Origin: Opitutales bacterium | GTDB lineage: Bacteria > Verrucomicrobiota > Verrucomicrobiia > Opitutales > UBA2987 | NCBI GenBank assembly: GCA_965226885.1 | Contig: CBDDEL010000015.1 | Coordinates: 64,001 to 128,000, forward strand | DNA: 64,000 nucleotides | Direction of reading: 5' to 3' | Shown here: piece by piece, positions 20,588-32,527 of the stretch | How positions within the stretch are numbered: the stretch's first letter is position 1 | Layout: each line of letters starts with the position of its first letter | Position numbers and translations under genes: made by a program | The notes under the pieces: generated by a model | Databases searched by the model: none | Seen by the model: only the letters and a program-made list of their open reading frames with translations | Told to the model about the DNA's origin: nothing

Positions 20588-21388
20588 GGTAGTGTATAAA
20601 AAAAGAATGTTATTTTGTATTTTTAGCTGTACAAATAGCGTTAGGCAGTTTATTCTTAGTGCATGGTTACTAAAATTATTAATTGTCGGCACTGTGGAAG
20701 TGAAAATATCATTAAATTTGGCAAGACGCCCAACCATAAACAGCGCTACCGCTGCCATGATTGTGGTAAACAAAGCCGCGAAAACCCCACAGTGAAATAC
20801 ACCGAAGAGCAAAAAGAAATGATCCTTCGAGTCTATCAGGAACGCAGCAGTCTACGCGGTTTACAGCGCGCCTTCGGGGTGAGTCCCAACACCGTTTTGA
20901 GTTGGTTAAAAAAAACGACAATCGCTGCGACCGCTCAAAAGCACGATTCTTGCGGCCCGCCGCCATGATGTCATTGAACTGGACGAACTGTGGTCTTTTG
21001 TGGGGCGCAAGAGCGATGCCCAATGGGTTTGGATCGCTCTTTGCCGACGCACCCGTCAAATCCTCTCCTATGCCATTGGGCCTCGGGATTGGTATCGTTG
21101 CCGGGAACTTTACGAGCGTCTGCCACGGGCCTACAAAAGATGTGCCACCTACAGCGACTTTTGGAGCACTTATGATGAAGTCTTTCCTCATAACCGATCC
21201 GTGGGAAAAGAAACCGGTGAAACGGCCCATGTGGAACGATGGAACAATACCCTGCGCCAACGACTGGGTCGTTTCACACGCAAACCCTCTCCTTTTCCAA
21301 GCTTAAGAGTATGCATGAAACCTGTCTGAGACTTTTCATTCATCAATATAATCAAGAATTAGCCACCATTCCTACTTAATACACTACC
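20588..21388 (+). mobile_element. IS1-family element A, copy 1 (1-nt deletion in insB)
   Basis: IRs GGTAGTGTAT/ATACACTACC, 8-bp TSD TCAAATTC, insA Zn-ribbon/HTH 20663-20968, A8C slippery site, insB shortened by one missing A near 21282. Confidence 0.95.
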
Positions 21389-22561
21389 TCAAATTCGTTT
21401 AATATTTGAAGCTGCTTTCTTCCTTTTCCGTAGGAACCCATTATATATAGTTCTAGGTAATTTGCGGCTCTGTAAAGATCGGGGACTCCCTGTTCATAGT
21501 CGCCGATTGTCCCCGGATTAGCGATGTCCATTGAACGCAAATAAATAGGCAATGATCCCGCTGTAGGAAAACTTCGATTGATTCGCGGATCGATCGCCGA
21601 ATACACGGTGGTCGTCCAGCCGCCTCCACTAATGCCAATCATTATTATTTGATCGAAATGAAATTGTTGTGCATAATTAACAACAGTAGCGACTGGTTCC
21701 ATAAAATATTTTATTGGATGACCCTGCTTCGGTTGCAAATACTGCATCTCACTATGAGACCTTATAAACATCCCTCCAAAGCGCTCAAAATTTACAGTTA
21801 TCTTGTTATTCATTCCCAATAGGGGCATTGATAGAGCAATAACCTCAAAACCATTGTCAAGGAAGGCATTGATTGTAGTGTTGCCGACAGAAAATTTGCC
21901 ATTGTGTCCCTGGTGATAAATTGCCAACCGTTTTTTTGAGCCGTTTGGCATAAAATGATAGGCAATGCTTTTGAGCCCGTAATCCATATTGATAGTAAGC
22001 TTGTCAATGCGTTGCAAATTGCTTAAGGAATCAAAATCCACATCCGTAATTCCCTTATCCACTGAGTCTGGAATTTTATCTTTGGGAAATCCATCCTTTC
22101 CCCATAGAAATTCAATAACAGCGTCCCTTCTTAACAAGACATCCTTTGGTTGATGTATTTGAATTACGGAGTCCGCATCGAACTTAAGACTCGTCAGGTC
22201 AATTTTTATTTGGTCATTATAGACATTAGTAATTTTGGTTTCATCCTTAACAGTGTAAATTAAATTAGTCGCAGGAATAATTTCTTTCTCCTTTCCATCC
22301 CATTGCCAATAAAGTTTCATATAAGAGGGGCCGTTGATTTGGTTGTATCTAATTTCAATTTGATATGCTTTTCCTTTTATCATTTCCAAACTGCCATCGG
22401 TAATATTATTCCCTTCCCAAGTATCGATTATAATTTTACCCTCGATTTTTACCCTCAATTCATCATCCGCTTCTCCAGAAAAAAATATTTTACCGCTTGC
22501 GGGAGCTTTAATGTACCCAATCCACATCGCGGAGAAGTCGTTTTTTGTTTGCCATTGAATA

Positions 22562-23693
22562 ATACCAAATCTCATTAGGTATGATAATAAGTTATTTGGC
22601 AGAAGCGTTTGCTTGAATGTGCTGCCAGCCTCCGCCAACTAAAGAGAGGACTTTTTCAGTGTCCTCCCACCAGTCTTTGAGATGGGTTGCGACGACTTCT
22701 TCGAGTCGCTCAATGCTCGGCCACAGTTTGTTGGCCGTTTGATCCTGTATCATATCCCAAAGTCTTTCAATCGGGTTGAGTTCAGGACTATACGGCGGCA
22801 AATTCACGATATGTATGCCCGGGGGGACGTTGGGGTGCTCCGAGTCGTGCGGATGGAAGCCTGCCCCGTCCCATACAACCACATGTTCCTCCTCAGGATA
22901 TTGCTTTTTGATCTGTTGGAGGAAAGCCTCCGTCCACTGTAGATTCGTGCTAGGGGTTTGGATGCATACCATCTCGCCGTTGACCACGTCGAGGGCTCCG
23001 TAACAGTAGCTCCACTGGTATCTTGTCTGATATTTTTTGTGCGGCCGAAGCCCTCTTTGCGTCCAGCACCGGCGGTACACCGGAAGCAAACCAAAACGGC
23101 TTTCATCGGCAAACCACACCCGAACCCGATTGCCTCGGGTGAGGGAAAGCTCCTGGAGGATCTTAAAAAAGTCTCGCTTGAACGCTTCCGCTTTTGCCGA
23201 GTCCCGTTTCTCATGCACGGGGCGAGGGACTCGAAGCACCCCGGCGCATTTTTTTAGCCATCGCCACACCGTCTTGTAGGCGAAGGAGCGCCCGAAATGT
23301 CGCTCCAGCTCTTGCCCCGCCTGAACGGCTGTGTTCCAGCGCGCGACCTTCAAACCATTGAGCAAGAAGGCCTCCACCTCTTTGTCGCAACGGCTTTTGA
23401 TCCCGCCTTTGTAGGCGCGTGTAAGCACCGCCCCGAGCCCTGCAGCACGATATTTGTCAAACCAACGCTGGATCGTCGCTTTGCCTCGGCCCACGATGGC
23501 TCCAATTTCATCAATGCTGTGGTGCGGCTGGAAGCCCATTTTTAATGCCACCAAACGCTCTTTACGCCAGCCGACAGCCTCTTTGTTGAGCAATTTCTTG
23601 ATACGTTCACGGTCTTCATCGGTTCCCATATATCTTCTCATTCCGCCTTTATAGCTGTTTTTTAATCTTTATCAATCCTTTTGCGATTTGGTA
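22562..23693 (-). mobile_element. IS630-family element (transposase 22592-23641)
   Basis: FADESRFG, VWDGAGFH, LPPYSPELNPIERLW; IRs TACCAAATC; TA duplication at 22560-61 and 23694-95. Confidence 0.95.
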
Positions 23694-23745
23694 TAACACC
23701 TGAATCGGCACCTTCCAGATACCAAATGGAATCAGTTCTGGCTAA

Positions 23746-25312
23746 CCCGGATATTTCGTAAAAAAAGTATCGTTGATATGCTTAACTGCTGATATACAGC
23801 AGGATAGATCAATAATTAAAGCAATATCAGCGATGACAAAAGGTAAACAATTAAAGCTACAGTTGACAAGGGTAAAAGGCCGCCGTGTGCGGGTTGATTT
23901 CAAGGGCGGAGAGGTTACTTCGGATGCCGGACTGCTTTTGATCCGGGAAGTGGATCGGCAGTTGGGCTTGACCGAACGAGCGGCCCGACAGTTAGTGGAC
24001 AAACGGCAGAAGGGCAAAGTACGCCATGAGGTCTTGGGGATGCTGCGGCAGCGCGTTTACGGGCTGGTGGCGGGCTATGAGGATTTGAACGACTTTGATA
24101 CCCTGCGCCACGATCCATTGTTGCAAACGGTAACGGGGCGCATTGAAACGTTGGCCAGCGCGCCGACTTTGTGTCGTTTTGAAAACGGGCAGGATCGGCG
24201 GGCGGCCTTTGCGGTAAACGAGCTGTTGGTCGAACAGTTCATGGGCTCCTTTGCCGAGGAACCCGAAGAGATCATCCTGGACTTTGACGCCACCGACAAT
24301 CCGGTGCACGGGCTCCAGGAGGGACGTTTTTTCCACGGTTATTATGATCATTACTGTTTTCTGCCGCTATATGTTTTTTGCGGTGATCAGCTGCTGGTGG
24401 CCTACCTGCGGCCGAGCAAGATCGATGCCAGCAAGCATGCCGGGGCCATCCTCAAATTGCTGGTTAAACGGATTCGCCAAAGCTGGCCCCGTACGCGGAT
24501 TATTTGGCGCGCCGACAGTGGATTTTGTCGAGACCGGATACTCTCTTGGTGCGACCGCAACGAAGTTAGTTACATCGTGGGGATGGCTCGCAATGCACGC
24601 TTGCAGCAAGACGCCCAGCAGTTGCAAAAGCAGGCCAAAGAATGGTTCGAACTAAGGGGTAAAAAACAACGGTTATTCCAGGACTTCGTCTATGCTGCCG
24701 ATTCGTGGCGATGGCTGCGGTTGGTCATCCATAAAGCCGAACACACCGCACAGGGGTCCAACCCGCGCTTCGTGGTGACGAACCTGCCGGGCGATCCCCA
24801 GGAGCTTTACGACAAGGTATACTGTGGCCGCGGTGAAATGGAGAACCGAATCAAGGAACAGATGCAATTGTTCAGCGAGCGCACCAGCGCCCATCAATGG
24901 TGGGCCAATCAGTGGCGATTGCTCTTGTCGGCGCTGGCCTACACCTTGATGGAAGCCATGCGCCGGTTAGCCTTAAAAGGGACGAAGTGGGCGCGGGCCC
25001 AATGCCACACCCTGCGGCTCAAATTAATCAAGATCGGAGCGGTCATCGTGCGCAACACCCGAACGATTCACTTTCACCTAAGTGAGAGTTATCCTTGGGC
25101 CAGTCTTTTCAACCATGCGCCCCGCCGATTGGTGCCAACCTAAAGGGTGCATTGGTGCTGCCCCCGGCACTACCGAACCAATGGGGGAAAGGGGGCAGTG
25201 TCTCTACACCCTGAAAAACACCTAAAAATCAAGACGATCTGCTCAAAATACAAAGAAATCCATCTCCAATAGCAATAACGAGCCAAACTTTACCCTTCAT
25301 GAAATATCCGGG
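23746..25312 (+). mobile_element. IS1380-family element, copy 1 (transposase 23773-25143)
   Basis: TSDAGLLL, LDFDATD, RADSGF, RGEMENRIKE; IRs CCCGGATATTTC; TSD CTAA. Confidence 0.96.
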
Positions 25313-25685
25313 CTAAATTAATATCGTCGTAAAGTATTCCGACAAGACCGGGTTTAGTTTGGCTAATTGCTGGAGTCGTAATTACACAAACGCTAAACAT
25401 AAAAAAAGTGAATAAATATTTAAGTTTCATTTGTGATCCTGATTTAAATTATAATCACTGTGCATTGTTCCCGTGAACGCTTGAAGCAATACCTGGGAAT
25501 TACTTTACTTTGTTGATCATCCCAACGCCATTCAATTTTTTCAAGCAATTATTTCCATGAATTTGAGATGGGCACTGGAAGGGCGCTTCCTTTATCTACA
25601 AATAGCCAATAATAAAAATATGGCAAAGCCTAGCAGGTTTTGGGCATCATCAATGGTTTCCCTCGCGCACCACACCGAATCAACG

Positions 25686-26487
25686 GGTAGTGTATAAAAA
25701 AAGAATGTTATTTTGTATTTTTAGCTGTACAAATAGCGTTAGGCAGTTTATTCTTAGTGCATGGTTACTAAAATTATTAATTGTCGGCACTGTGGAAGTG
25801 AAAATATCATTAAATTTGGCAAGACGCCCAACCATAAACAGCGCTACCGCTGCCATGATTGTGGTAAACAAAGCCGCGAAAACCCCACAGTGAAATACAC
25901 CGAAGAGCAAAAAGAAATGATCCTTCGAGTCTATCAGGAACGCAGCAGTCTACGCGGTTTACAGCGCGCCTTCGGGGTGAGTCCCAACACCGTTTTGAGT
26001 TGGTTAAAAAAAACGACAATCGCTGCGACCGCTCAAAAGCACGATTCTTGCGGCCCGCCGCCATGATGTCATTGAACTGGACGAACTGTGGTCTTTTGTG
26101 GGGCGCAAGAGCGATGCCCAATGGGTTTGGATCGCTCTTTGCCGACGCACCCGTCAAATCCTCTCCTATGCCATTGGGCCTCGGGATTGGTATCGTTGCC
26201 GGGAACTTTACGAGCGTCTGCCACGGGCCTACAAAAGATGTGCCACCTACAGCGACTTTTGGAGCACTTATGATGAAGTCTTTCCTCATAACCGATCCGT
26301 GGGAAAAGAAACCGGTGAAACGGCCCATGTGGAACGATGGAACAATACCCTGCGCCAACGACTGGGTCGTTTCACACGCAAAACCCTCTCCTTTTCCAAG
26401 CTTAAGAGTATGCATGAAACCTGTCTGAGACTTTTCATTCATCAATATAATCAAGAATTAGCCACCATTCCTACTTAATACACTACC
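25686..26487 (+). mobile_element. IS1-family element A, copy 2
   Basis: Same IRs; 8-bp TSD AATCAACG; insA 25761-26066, insB to 26478. Confidence 0.96.
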
Positions 26488-26575
26488 AATCAACGTATCC
26501 GTTTCATCTCTGTAAACGCCGGGGAAAAACCGGTACGGTAAAGAGGGCGCTTTAAAACCGGTACGCTTATCCTAG

Positions 26576-28142
26576 CCCGGATATTTCGTAAAAAAAGTAT
26601 CGTTGATATGCTTAACTGCTGATATACAGCAGGATAGATCAATAATTAAAGCAATATCAGCGATGACAAAAGGTAAACAATTAAAGCTACAGTTGACAAG
26701 GGTAAAAGGCCGCCGTGTGCGGGTTGATTTCAAGGGCGGAGAGGTTACTTCGGATGCCGGACTGCTTTTGATCCGGGAAGTGGATCGGCAGTTGGGCTTG
26801 ACCGAACGAGCGGCCCGACAGTTAGTGGACAAACGGCAGAAGGGCAAAGTACGCCATGAGGTATTGGGGATGCTGCGGCAGCGCGTTTACGGGCTGGTGG
26901 CGGGCTATGAGGATTTGAACGACTTTGATACCCTGCGCCACGATCCATTGTTGCAAACGGTAACGGGGCGCATTGAAACGTTGGCCAGCGCGCCGACTTT
27001 GTGTCGTTTTGAAAACGGGCAGGATCGGCGGGCGGCCTTTGCGGTAAACGAGCTGTTGGTCGAACAGTTCATGGGCTCCTTTGCCGAGGAACCCGAAGAG
27101 ATCATCCTGGACTTTGACGCCACCGACAATCCGGTGCACGGGCTCCAGGAGGGACGTTTTTTCCACGGTTATTATGATCATTACTGTTTTCTGCCGCTAT
27201 ATGTTTTTTGCGGTGATCAGCTGCTGGTGGCCTACCTGCGGCCGAGCAAGATCGATGCCAGCAAGCATGCCGGGGCCATCCTCAAATTGCTGGTTAAACG
27301 GATTCGCCAAAGCTGGCCCCGTACGCGGATTATTTGGCGCGCCGACAGTGGATTTTGTCGAGACCGGATACTCTCTTGGTGCGACCGCAACGAAGTTAGT
27401 TACATCGTGGGGATGGCTCGCAATGCACGCTTGCAGCAAGACGCCCAGCAGTTGCAAAAGCAGGCCAAAGAATGGTTCGAACTAAGGGGTAAAAAACAAC
27501 GGTTATTCCAGGACTTCGTCTATGCTGTCGATTCGTGGCGATGGCTGCGGTTGGTCATCCATAAAGCCGAACACACCGCACAGGGGTCCAACCCGCGCTT
27601 CGTGGTGACGAACCTGCCGGGCGATCCCCAGGAGCTTTACGACAAGGTATACTGTGGCCGCGGTGAAATGGAGAACCGAATCAAGGAACAGATGCAATTG
27701 TTCAGCGAGCGCACCAGCGCCCATCAATGGTGGGCCAATCAGTGGCGATTGCTCTTGTCGGCGCTGGCCTACACCTTGATGGAAGCCATGCGCCGGTTAG
27801 CCTTAAAAGGGACGAAGTGGGCGCGGGCCCAATGCCACACCCTGCGGCTCAAATTAATCAAGATCGGAGCGGTCATCGTGCGCAACACCCGAACGATTCA
27901 CTTTCACCTAAGTGAGAGTTATCCTTGGGCCAGTCTTTTCAACCATGCGGCCCGCCGATTGGTGCCAACCTAAAGGGTGCATTGGTGCTGCCCCCGGCAC
28001 TACCGAACCAATGGGGGAAAGGGGGCAGTGTCTCTACACCCTGAAAAACACCTAAAAATCAAGACGATCTGCTCAAAATACAAAGAAATCCATCTCCAAT
28101 AGCAATAACGAGCCAAACTTTACCCTTCATGAAATATCCGGG
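26576..28142 (+). mobile_element. IS1380-family element, copy 2 (transposase 26603-27973), inside IS21 left end
   Basis: Near-identical to copy 1 (three substitutions seen); TSD CTAG. Confidence 0.96.
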
Positions 28143-28155
28143 CTAGAAAGGAGGA

Positions 28156-29663
28156 GTGTATCGAGATATGAAGCAATGGACAAGAGTGCGGCACAAAGTG
28201 CTGCGGGACAAGCAGAGCAAGCGCTCTGTAATGCGAGAAGAGGGACTGCACTGGGAGACCCTGGGAAAGATGCTGGCCTATTCCCAGCCGCCGGGATACC
28301 GGCGCAAGAAGAGGCGAGAGCGCAAGATCGATCCGTATGTGGGCTGGATCGAGGAGGTGCTCAAAGCGGACCGGAACGTGCCCAAGAAGCAGCGCCATAC
28401 GGCCAAACGGATCTACCAGCGTTTGGGTCGGGAGAAGGGCTACCAAGGGGGCTACACGGCGGTCAAGGAGGTGGTGGCCGAGCTGCGAGCGAGGCGGCGG
28501 GAAGTGTTCGTGCCGCTGGAGCACCGCCCCGGGGAGGGACAGGTGGACTTCGGTCATGCCCTGGTGAAGGAGGCGGGGCAATTGCGTAGGCGGCCATTTT
28601 TTGCCATGAGCCTGCCCTACAGCGATGCCTTTTTCGTGCAGGTGTTCGAACGGGAGTGCACGGAGAGCTTCTGGGAGGGGCACCTGCGAGCTTTTGAGTT
28701 TTTCGGGGCGGTGCCCCGGCGCATCAGCTATGACAACTCGAAGGTGGCGGTGGGTAAGATTATCGGTTCGCGTGAACGCAAGCTGACCGACGGGTTTCTG
28801 CAGCTACAGAGCCATTACCTGTTCGAGGAACACTTCTGTCTGCCCGCCCGGCCCAACGAGAAGGGCGTGGTCGAGGGGATCGTGCGTTATGCCCGGGCCA
28901 ACTTCCTGGTACCGGTACCGCAGGTTCGGGACCTGGAGGAACTCAACGCAAAGCTGTTGGAGGCATGTGAGCGGGACATGGAGCGTAAATTACGCGGGAA
29001 AAGGGCGGTGAAAAAGGAACTGCTGGCCGAGGAGCGCGCCGTCATGCTGGCGTTGCCGCCCATACCCTTTGAAGCGAGCCGCAAACGCTCGACCTGCGTC
29101 AGCAGCCTCTCGCTGGTGCGCTTCGAGTGCAACGACTATTCGGTGCCGGTGCGCTGCGCCCACCATCCGGTGGTGGTGGAAGGGTCCTGTCGGCAGGTGG
29201 TGATCTTCTGTGGGGGCCAAGAGGTGGCCCGGCACCGCCGCATTTGGGATAAAGAGCAAGTCTCTTTCGAGCCGGTGCACTACCTGGCTTTGCTGGAGAA
29301 AAAACCGGGCGCTTTGGACTTCGCCCGCCCACTCTCGGGCTGGCAGTTGCCGCAGTGCCTGCAGGTCCTCAGACGCCGGCTCGAAAGCCAATGCGGGGGC
29401 GAAGGCACCCGGGAGTATATCCGGGTGCTGCGGCTGTTGGAGAAACACCCCATGGCGGCCTTGCAGCAGGCCGTCGTCTCGGCCCTGCGGGTGGGGGGGG
29501 ACTGACTCGTGAGGCCATCGCCCAGTATCTCTATCCTCAGGAAGACTACGGGAGCAGAACCTTCCGGCTGGACGGCCATCCACACCTGCGTCACGTCCGT
29601 GTGGCCGCCCCTGACCTCGGTGCCTACAGCGAACTGCTCAAGATTCCAGGAGGGGCTTTATGA
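28156..29663 (+). pseudogene. istA: IS21 transposase IstA, frameshifted at a G8 run
   Basis: KQRHTAKRI, GQVDFG, YDNSK, NEKGVVEG; stop at 29505 after G8 (29493-29500); tail LTREAIAQYL...GAL continues in another frame and overlaps the istB start (ATGA). Confidence 0.85.
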
Positions 29664-30427
29664 AGGAAGAAAAAAACCAGCTGCTGTTACACCATCACCT
29701 CAAGAAACTGAAGTTGCCCACCATCCTGCGCGAATGGCCGGCGGTGGCCGCGGCTTGTTCCCGGGACCGGCTCGATTACGCCGCCTTTTTGTTGCATCTG
29801 GTCGAACGGGAGCTCATTGAACGCGAACAGCGGGCCGCCCAGCGGCGGATCAAAAACGCCCGTTTCCCCGTGCTCAAGACCCTCGAGAGCTTCGCCTTTG
29901 AAGCGCAGCCCTCGATCAACGAAGCGCTCATCCGAGAGCTCATGCGCGGGGAGTATGTCGACCAGCGCGAAAACGTGCTACTCCTCGGTAACGCCGGTAC
30001 CGGTAAAACGCACCTGGCCACCGCCCTGGGCTTTGCCGCCTGTGCCCAGGGCCGGCGGATCCGTTTCTTCGGGGTCACCGCCCTGGTTACCCATATGCTC
30101 GAGCAACGCGACAACCACGACCTGCAGCGCTTCATGAAGCAACTCGAAAGGCTCGACCTACTCATCCTCGACGAACTCGGTTACGTCCCTTTTTCCAAGA
30201 CCGGTTCCGAACTGCTCTTCGACGTGGTCAGCCGCGCTTACGAGCGCACCAGTCTCATCGTCACCACCAACCTGCCCTTTGAGAACTGGATCGAAGTGCT
30301 CGGTTCCGAACGGCTCACCGGAGCTCTGCTGGACCGACTCACCCATCGGGTGCATATCCTCGAAGCCAACGGGCAAAGCTACCGCTTGCGCGATGCTCGA
30401 CGCCGTCGCCGTGGCACAAAACAATAA
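29660..30427 (+). CDS. istB: IS21 helper ATPase IstB
   Basis: GNAGTGKT, LILDELGY, ALLDRLTH. Confidence 0.96.
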   Translation: MKEEKNQLLLHHHLKKLKLPTILREWPAVAAACSRDRLDYAAFLLHLVERELIEREQRAAQRRIKNARFPVLKTLESFAFEAQPSINEALIRELMRGEYVDQRENVLLLGNAGTGKTHLATALGFAACAQGRRIRFFGVTALVTHMLEQRDNHDLQRFMKQLERLDLLILDELGYVPFSKTGSELLFDVVSRAYERTSLIVTTNLPFENWIEVLGSERLTGALLDRLTHRVHILEANGQSYRLRDARRRRRGTKQ

Positions 30428-30630
30428 ACGCCTTGGGCCCGGCTCGTCGGCCTCCGGCCTCCTCACCGACCCCAAGCCAATCCCCAAAACCAACTCCCAA
30501 ACCCTAAACCTTGACGTACCTGCAATTACTAACCTAAACCTTATTCCAAGCGTACCGGTTTTACCCCGACCCCCGTACCGGTTTCATCCCGGCGTTTACA
30601 CATCTCAGGTGAGAACCGCTTCCGGTTCCT

Positions 30631-30684
30631 TGAAAAAACTCCCAAGTCCCTAAAGATTTGGGGCTGGTCTTGAGTTGCTTTTCA
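30631..30684 (-). terminator. Possible intrinsic terminator downstream of the small basic protein gene
   Basis: Minus strand: imperfect stem AACTCAAG..GCCCCAAA-TC-TTTAGGGAC..TTGGGAG followed by T6. Confidence 0.35.
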
Positions 30685-30712
30685 GGAAATGTGAATAGGA
30701 AAGGATAATCCT

Positions 30713-30871
30713 CTATTCTTCGGCCTTGGTTTTGGCCAGGCCGGTCACCCGGTTGCCCTCCTTCCAGAGGCCCTTCTTTTTCAACAGAGCCACGCGCTCG
30801 AAACGCTTGAGAACATTTCGTCTTTTCCTTGAGGCGGTACCGTCGGCTTTGAAACTATTGTGCTGGGTCAT
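30713..30871 (-). CDS. PVC-type small basic protein
   Basis: MTQHNSFK...RNVLKRFERV..L...GLW.EG..VTGLAKT resembles the Chlamydiae/Verrucomicrobia/Planctomycetes small basic protein. Confidence 0.85.
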   Translation of the reverse strand: MTQHNSFKADGTASRKRRNVLKRFERVALLKKKGLWKEGNRVTGLAKTKAEE

Positions 30872-31080
30872 GGCTGAAAAATCCTTTTCTAATGTTGAAA
30901 AGCGCTGGATTAAAGCGTCTCCCAACTCAAGATCAACCTCTTTTTGCCCGATATTTCAGAAAAATCACCTTTTTTCTTGAAAAAACCAGTTGATTACCGT
31001 TCAAAAGCCCTTCATTTATGCTGGCTTTCCATATTCCAGCGCTAAAATTATTTAAATTCAACACTATCCGGAGGTTTCTT

Positions 31081-31296
31081 TTGAGAGACGATTATCTGCA
31101 GCAAGCACAAACAATCATTCCAGACCCGAATATTTTAATCAACGTGGTCTCCCGCAGGGTGAAGCAGCTCAAATACGGCCAGAAGCCTTTGGTCGAGTCC
31201 CTTGAGCGGTTGAGTCCCGAGGATGTCGCCTTGCGCGAAATTATCGAGGGCAAAATCGATTACCAGCTTTACGATCCGGACGAGGAAGAGGCTTAA
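31081..31296 (+). CDS. rpoZ: RNA polymerase omega subunit
   Basis: NILINVVSRRVKQL...PLV...DVALREIIEGKI; TTG start after GGAGG. Confidence 0.88.
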   Translation: MRDDYLQQAQTIIPDPNILINVVSRRVKQLKYGQKPLVESLERLSPEDVALREIIEGKIDYQLYDPDEEEA

Positions 31297-31456
31297 CCTT
31301 GTCCAGGCGGCTTGGGCAGTCGTTTTCATTTTCAGTTTATACATCATTCAGGGAAATTCTTTTCCAGTGGAAGCTGCGGGAAGCTGCGCCCACGCCCTCT
31401 TGTTGTTCGGTTGCGGTTTCATCTTTTTTTGGCCTTTGGCCCTATGCTAACTTATT

Positions 31457-31927
31457 ATGAGCGGTCCAGGCAAAACGGCGGATCGGTACAAGGAGATTCG
31501 CAACCGGAAAGCCCGCCACAAATATTTTGTCGGGCAGGCCTATGAGGCTGGGATCATTCTCACCGGAACGGAAGTAAAGTCGATTCGAGCCGGCAAGGCG
31601 CAAATCAATGATGCCTTCGCGCGGGTTGAAAAGGGCAAGGTGACTCTTTACCACTCCCACATCGCCGAGTACAGCTTCGGCAACACCAGCAACCACCACC
31701 CCTATCGGCCCCGCCAGCTTCTTTTGCACAAAAAGGAAATTCGGCAGATCGAGATGGCCATGCAAAGCGGCGGCAAGGCCTTGATCCCCACCCGCATGTA
31801 TTTCAAAAAAGCCCTCATCAAAATTGAGATAGCCCTCTGCACCGGCAAAAAAATGCACGACAAGCGGGAGGACCTGAAAAAAAGAGAAGCCCTTATGGAC
31901 GTACGCCGGGCCATGAAAGGGGAATGA
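31457..31927 (+). CDS. smpB: SsrA-binding protein
   Basis: NRKARHKY, EAGIILTGTEVKSIR, LLLHKKEI, GKKMHDKRE. Confidence 0.97.
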   Translation: MSGPGKTADRYKEIRNRKARHKYFVGQAYEAGIILTGTEVKSIRAGKAQINDAFARVEKGKVTLYHSHIAEYSFGNTSNHHPYRPRQLLLHKKEIRQIEMAMQSGGKALIPTRMYFKKALIKIEIALCTGKKMHDKREDLKKREALMDVRRAMKGE

Positions 31928-31980
31928 TGCCATGGGGGAAAAGCCAGAAGTCAGCAGGTAGGAGACAGAATGTTGATTGC

Positions 31981-32004
31981 TGACACCTGACACCCGACAC
32001 CTGA
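31981..32004 (+). repeat. Short heptamer tandem repeat (TGACACC-like x3)
   Basis: tgacacc tgacacc cgacacc tga in the smpB-trmL spacer. Confidence 0.6.
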
Positions 32005-32032
32005 AAACGAATTCTATCAACCCCCCTCCCCG

Positions 32033-32527
32033 ATGCTTCACCTCATCCTCTACCAGCCGCAGATACCCCAAAACACGGGAAATATCGGGCGGCTCTGCGC
32101 GGTCACCAAATCGCGCCTCCACCTCATCCATCCTCTCGGATTCGAGATCACCGACCGCCACCTCAAGCGCAGCGGCATGGATTACTGGAAAGCGCTCGAT
32201 ATCGTCCACCACGATTCGGGCCAGGATTTCCTCAAATCCCCCCAAAAACCCGAACGCCTCTGGCTCTTCACCACCAAAGCCGCCAAATCCTTCTGGGAGG
32301 CCGATTTTACGGACGGCGACGGCCTCATCTTCGGCAACGAAACCTCTGGCAGCCCCGACTGGCTCCACGAGGCGATGCAACCCGGCCACCGGATCACCAT
32401 CCCCCACAACAACCAAAGCCTCCGCTCCCTCAACCTCTCCACCAGCGCCGGAATAGCCGCCTACGAAGCCCTCCGCCAAATCGCTACGGCCACGGCCACG
32501 GCCAAGGCCGAAGCCCAGGCTGATTGA
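32033..32527 (+). CDS. trmL: tRNA (cytidine(34)-2'-O)-methyltransferase
   Basis: PQIPQNTGNIGRLC, LKRSGMDYW, FGNETSG, RSLNLS. Confidence 0.95.
   Translation: MLHLILYQPQIPQNTGNIGRLCAVTKSRLHLIHPLGFEITDRHLKRSGMDYWKALDIVHHDSGQDFLKSPQKPERLWLFTTKAAKSFWEADFTDGDGLIFGNETSGSPDWLHEAMQPGHRITIPHNNQSLRSLNLSTSAGIAAYEALRQIATATATAKAEAQAD

Larger units (their letters stand above)
20408..25430 (-). pseudogene. Secreted PA14-domain + alpha/beta-hydrolase protein (502 aa reconstructed), broken by IS1380, IS630 and IS1
   Basis: Joining 25430-25313, 23741-23694, 22559-21389 and 20579-20408 (one copy of each TSD) gives an open 1509-nt frame: signal peptide MKLKYLFTFF..., PA14-like NDFSAMWIGYI...ADDELRV...YMKLYW, HQGH, GISGGG. 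Confidence 0.88.
26511..30600 (+). mobile_element. IS21-family element (istA/istB) carrying a nested IS1380
   Basis: Ends TGTAAACGCCGGG.../...CCCGGCGTTTACA with internal AAACCGGTACG repeats; 6-bp TSD CATCTC. Confidence 0.95.

Noticed and set aside
20663..21378. Split insA/insB and IS3 orfA/orfB as pseudogenes
   Set aside because: A7/A8 slippery sites indicate programmed -1 frameshifting normal for IS1/IS3; only the extra 1-nt deletion in this copy is a lesion, and it may be a sequencing error.
21376..22638. 420-aa ORF as an intact gene
   Set aside because: Its start lies in IS630 and its stop in IS1; it is the middle of the triply interrupted gene.
25680..26454. Recurrent small ORFs (MLFGVFHCG..., MIILMNEKS...) as a repeated gene family
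   Set aside because: Alternative frames of the IS1-A copies.
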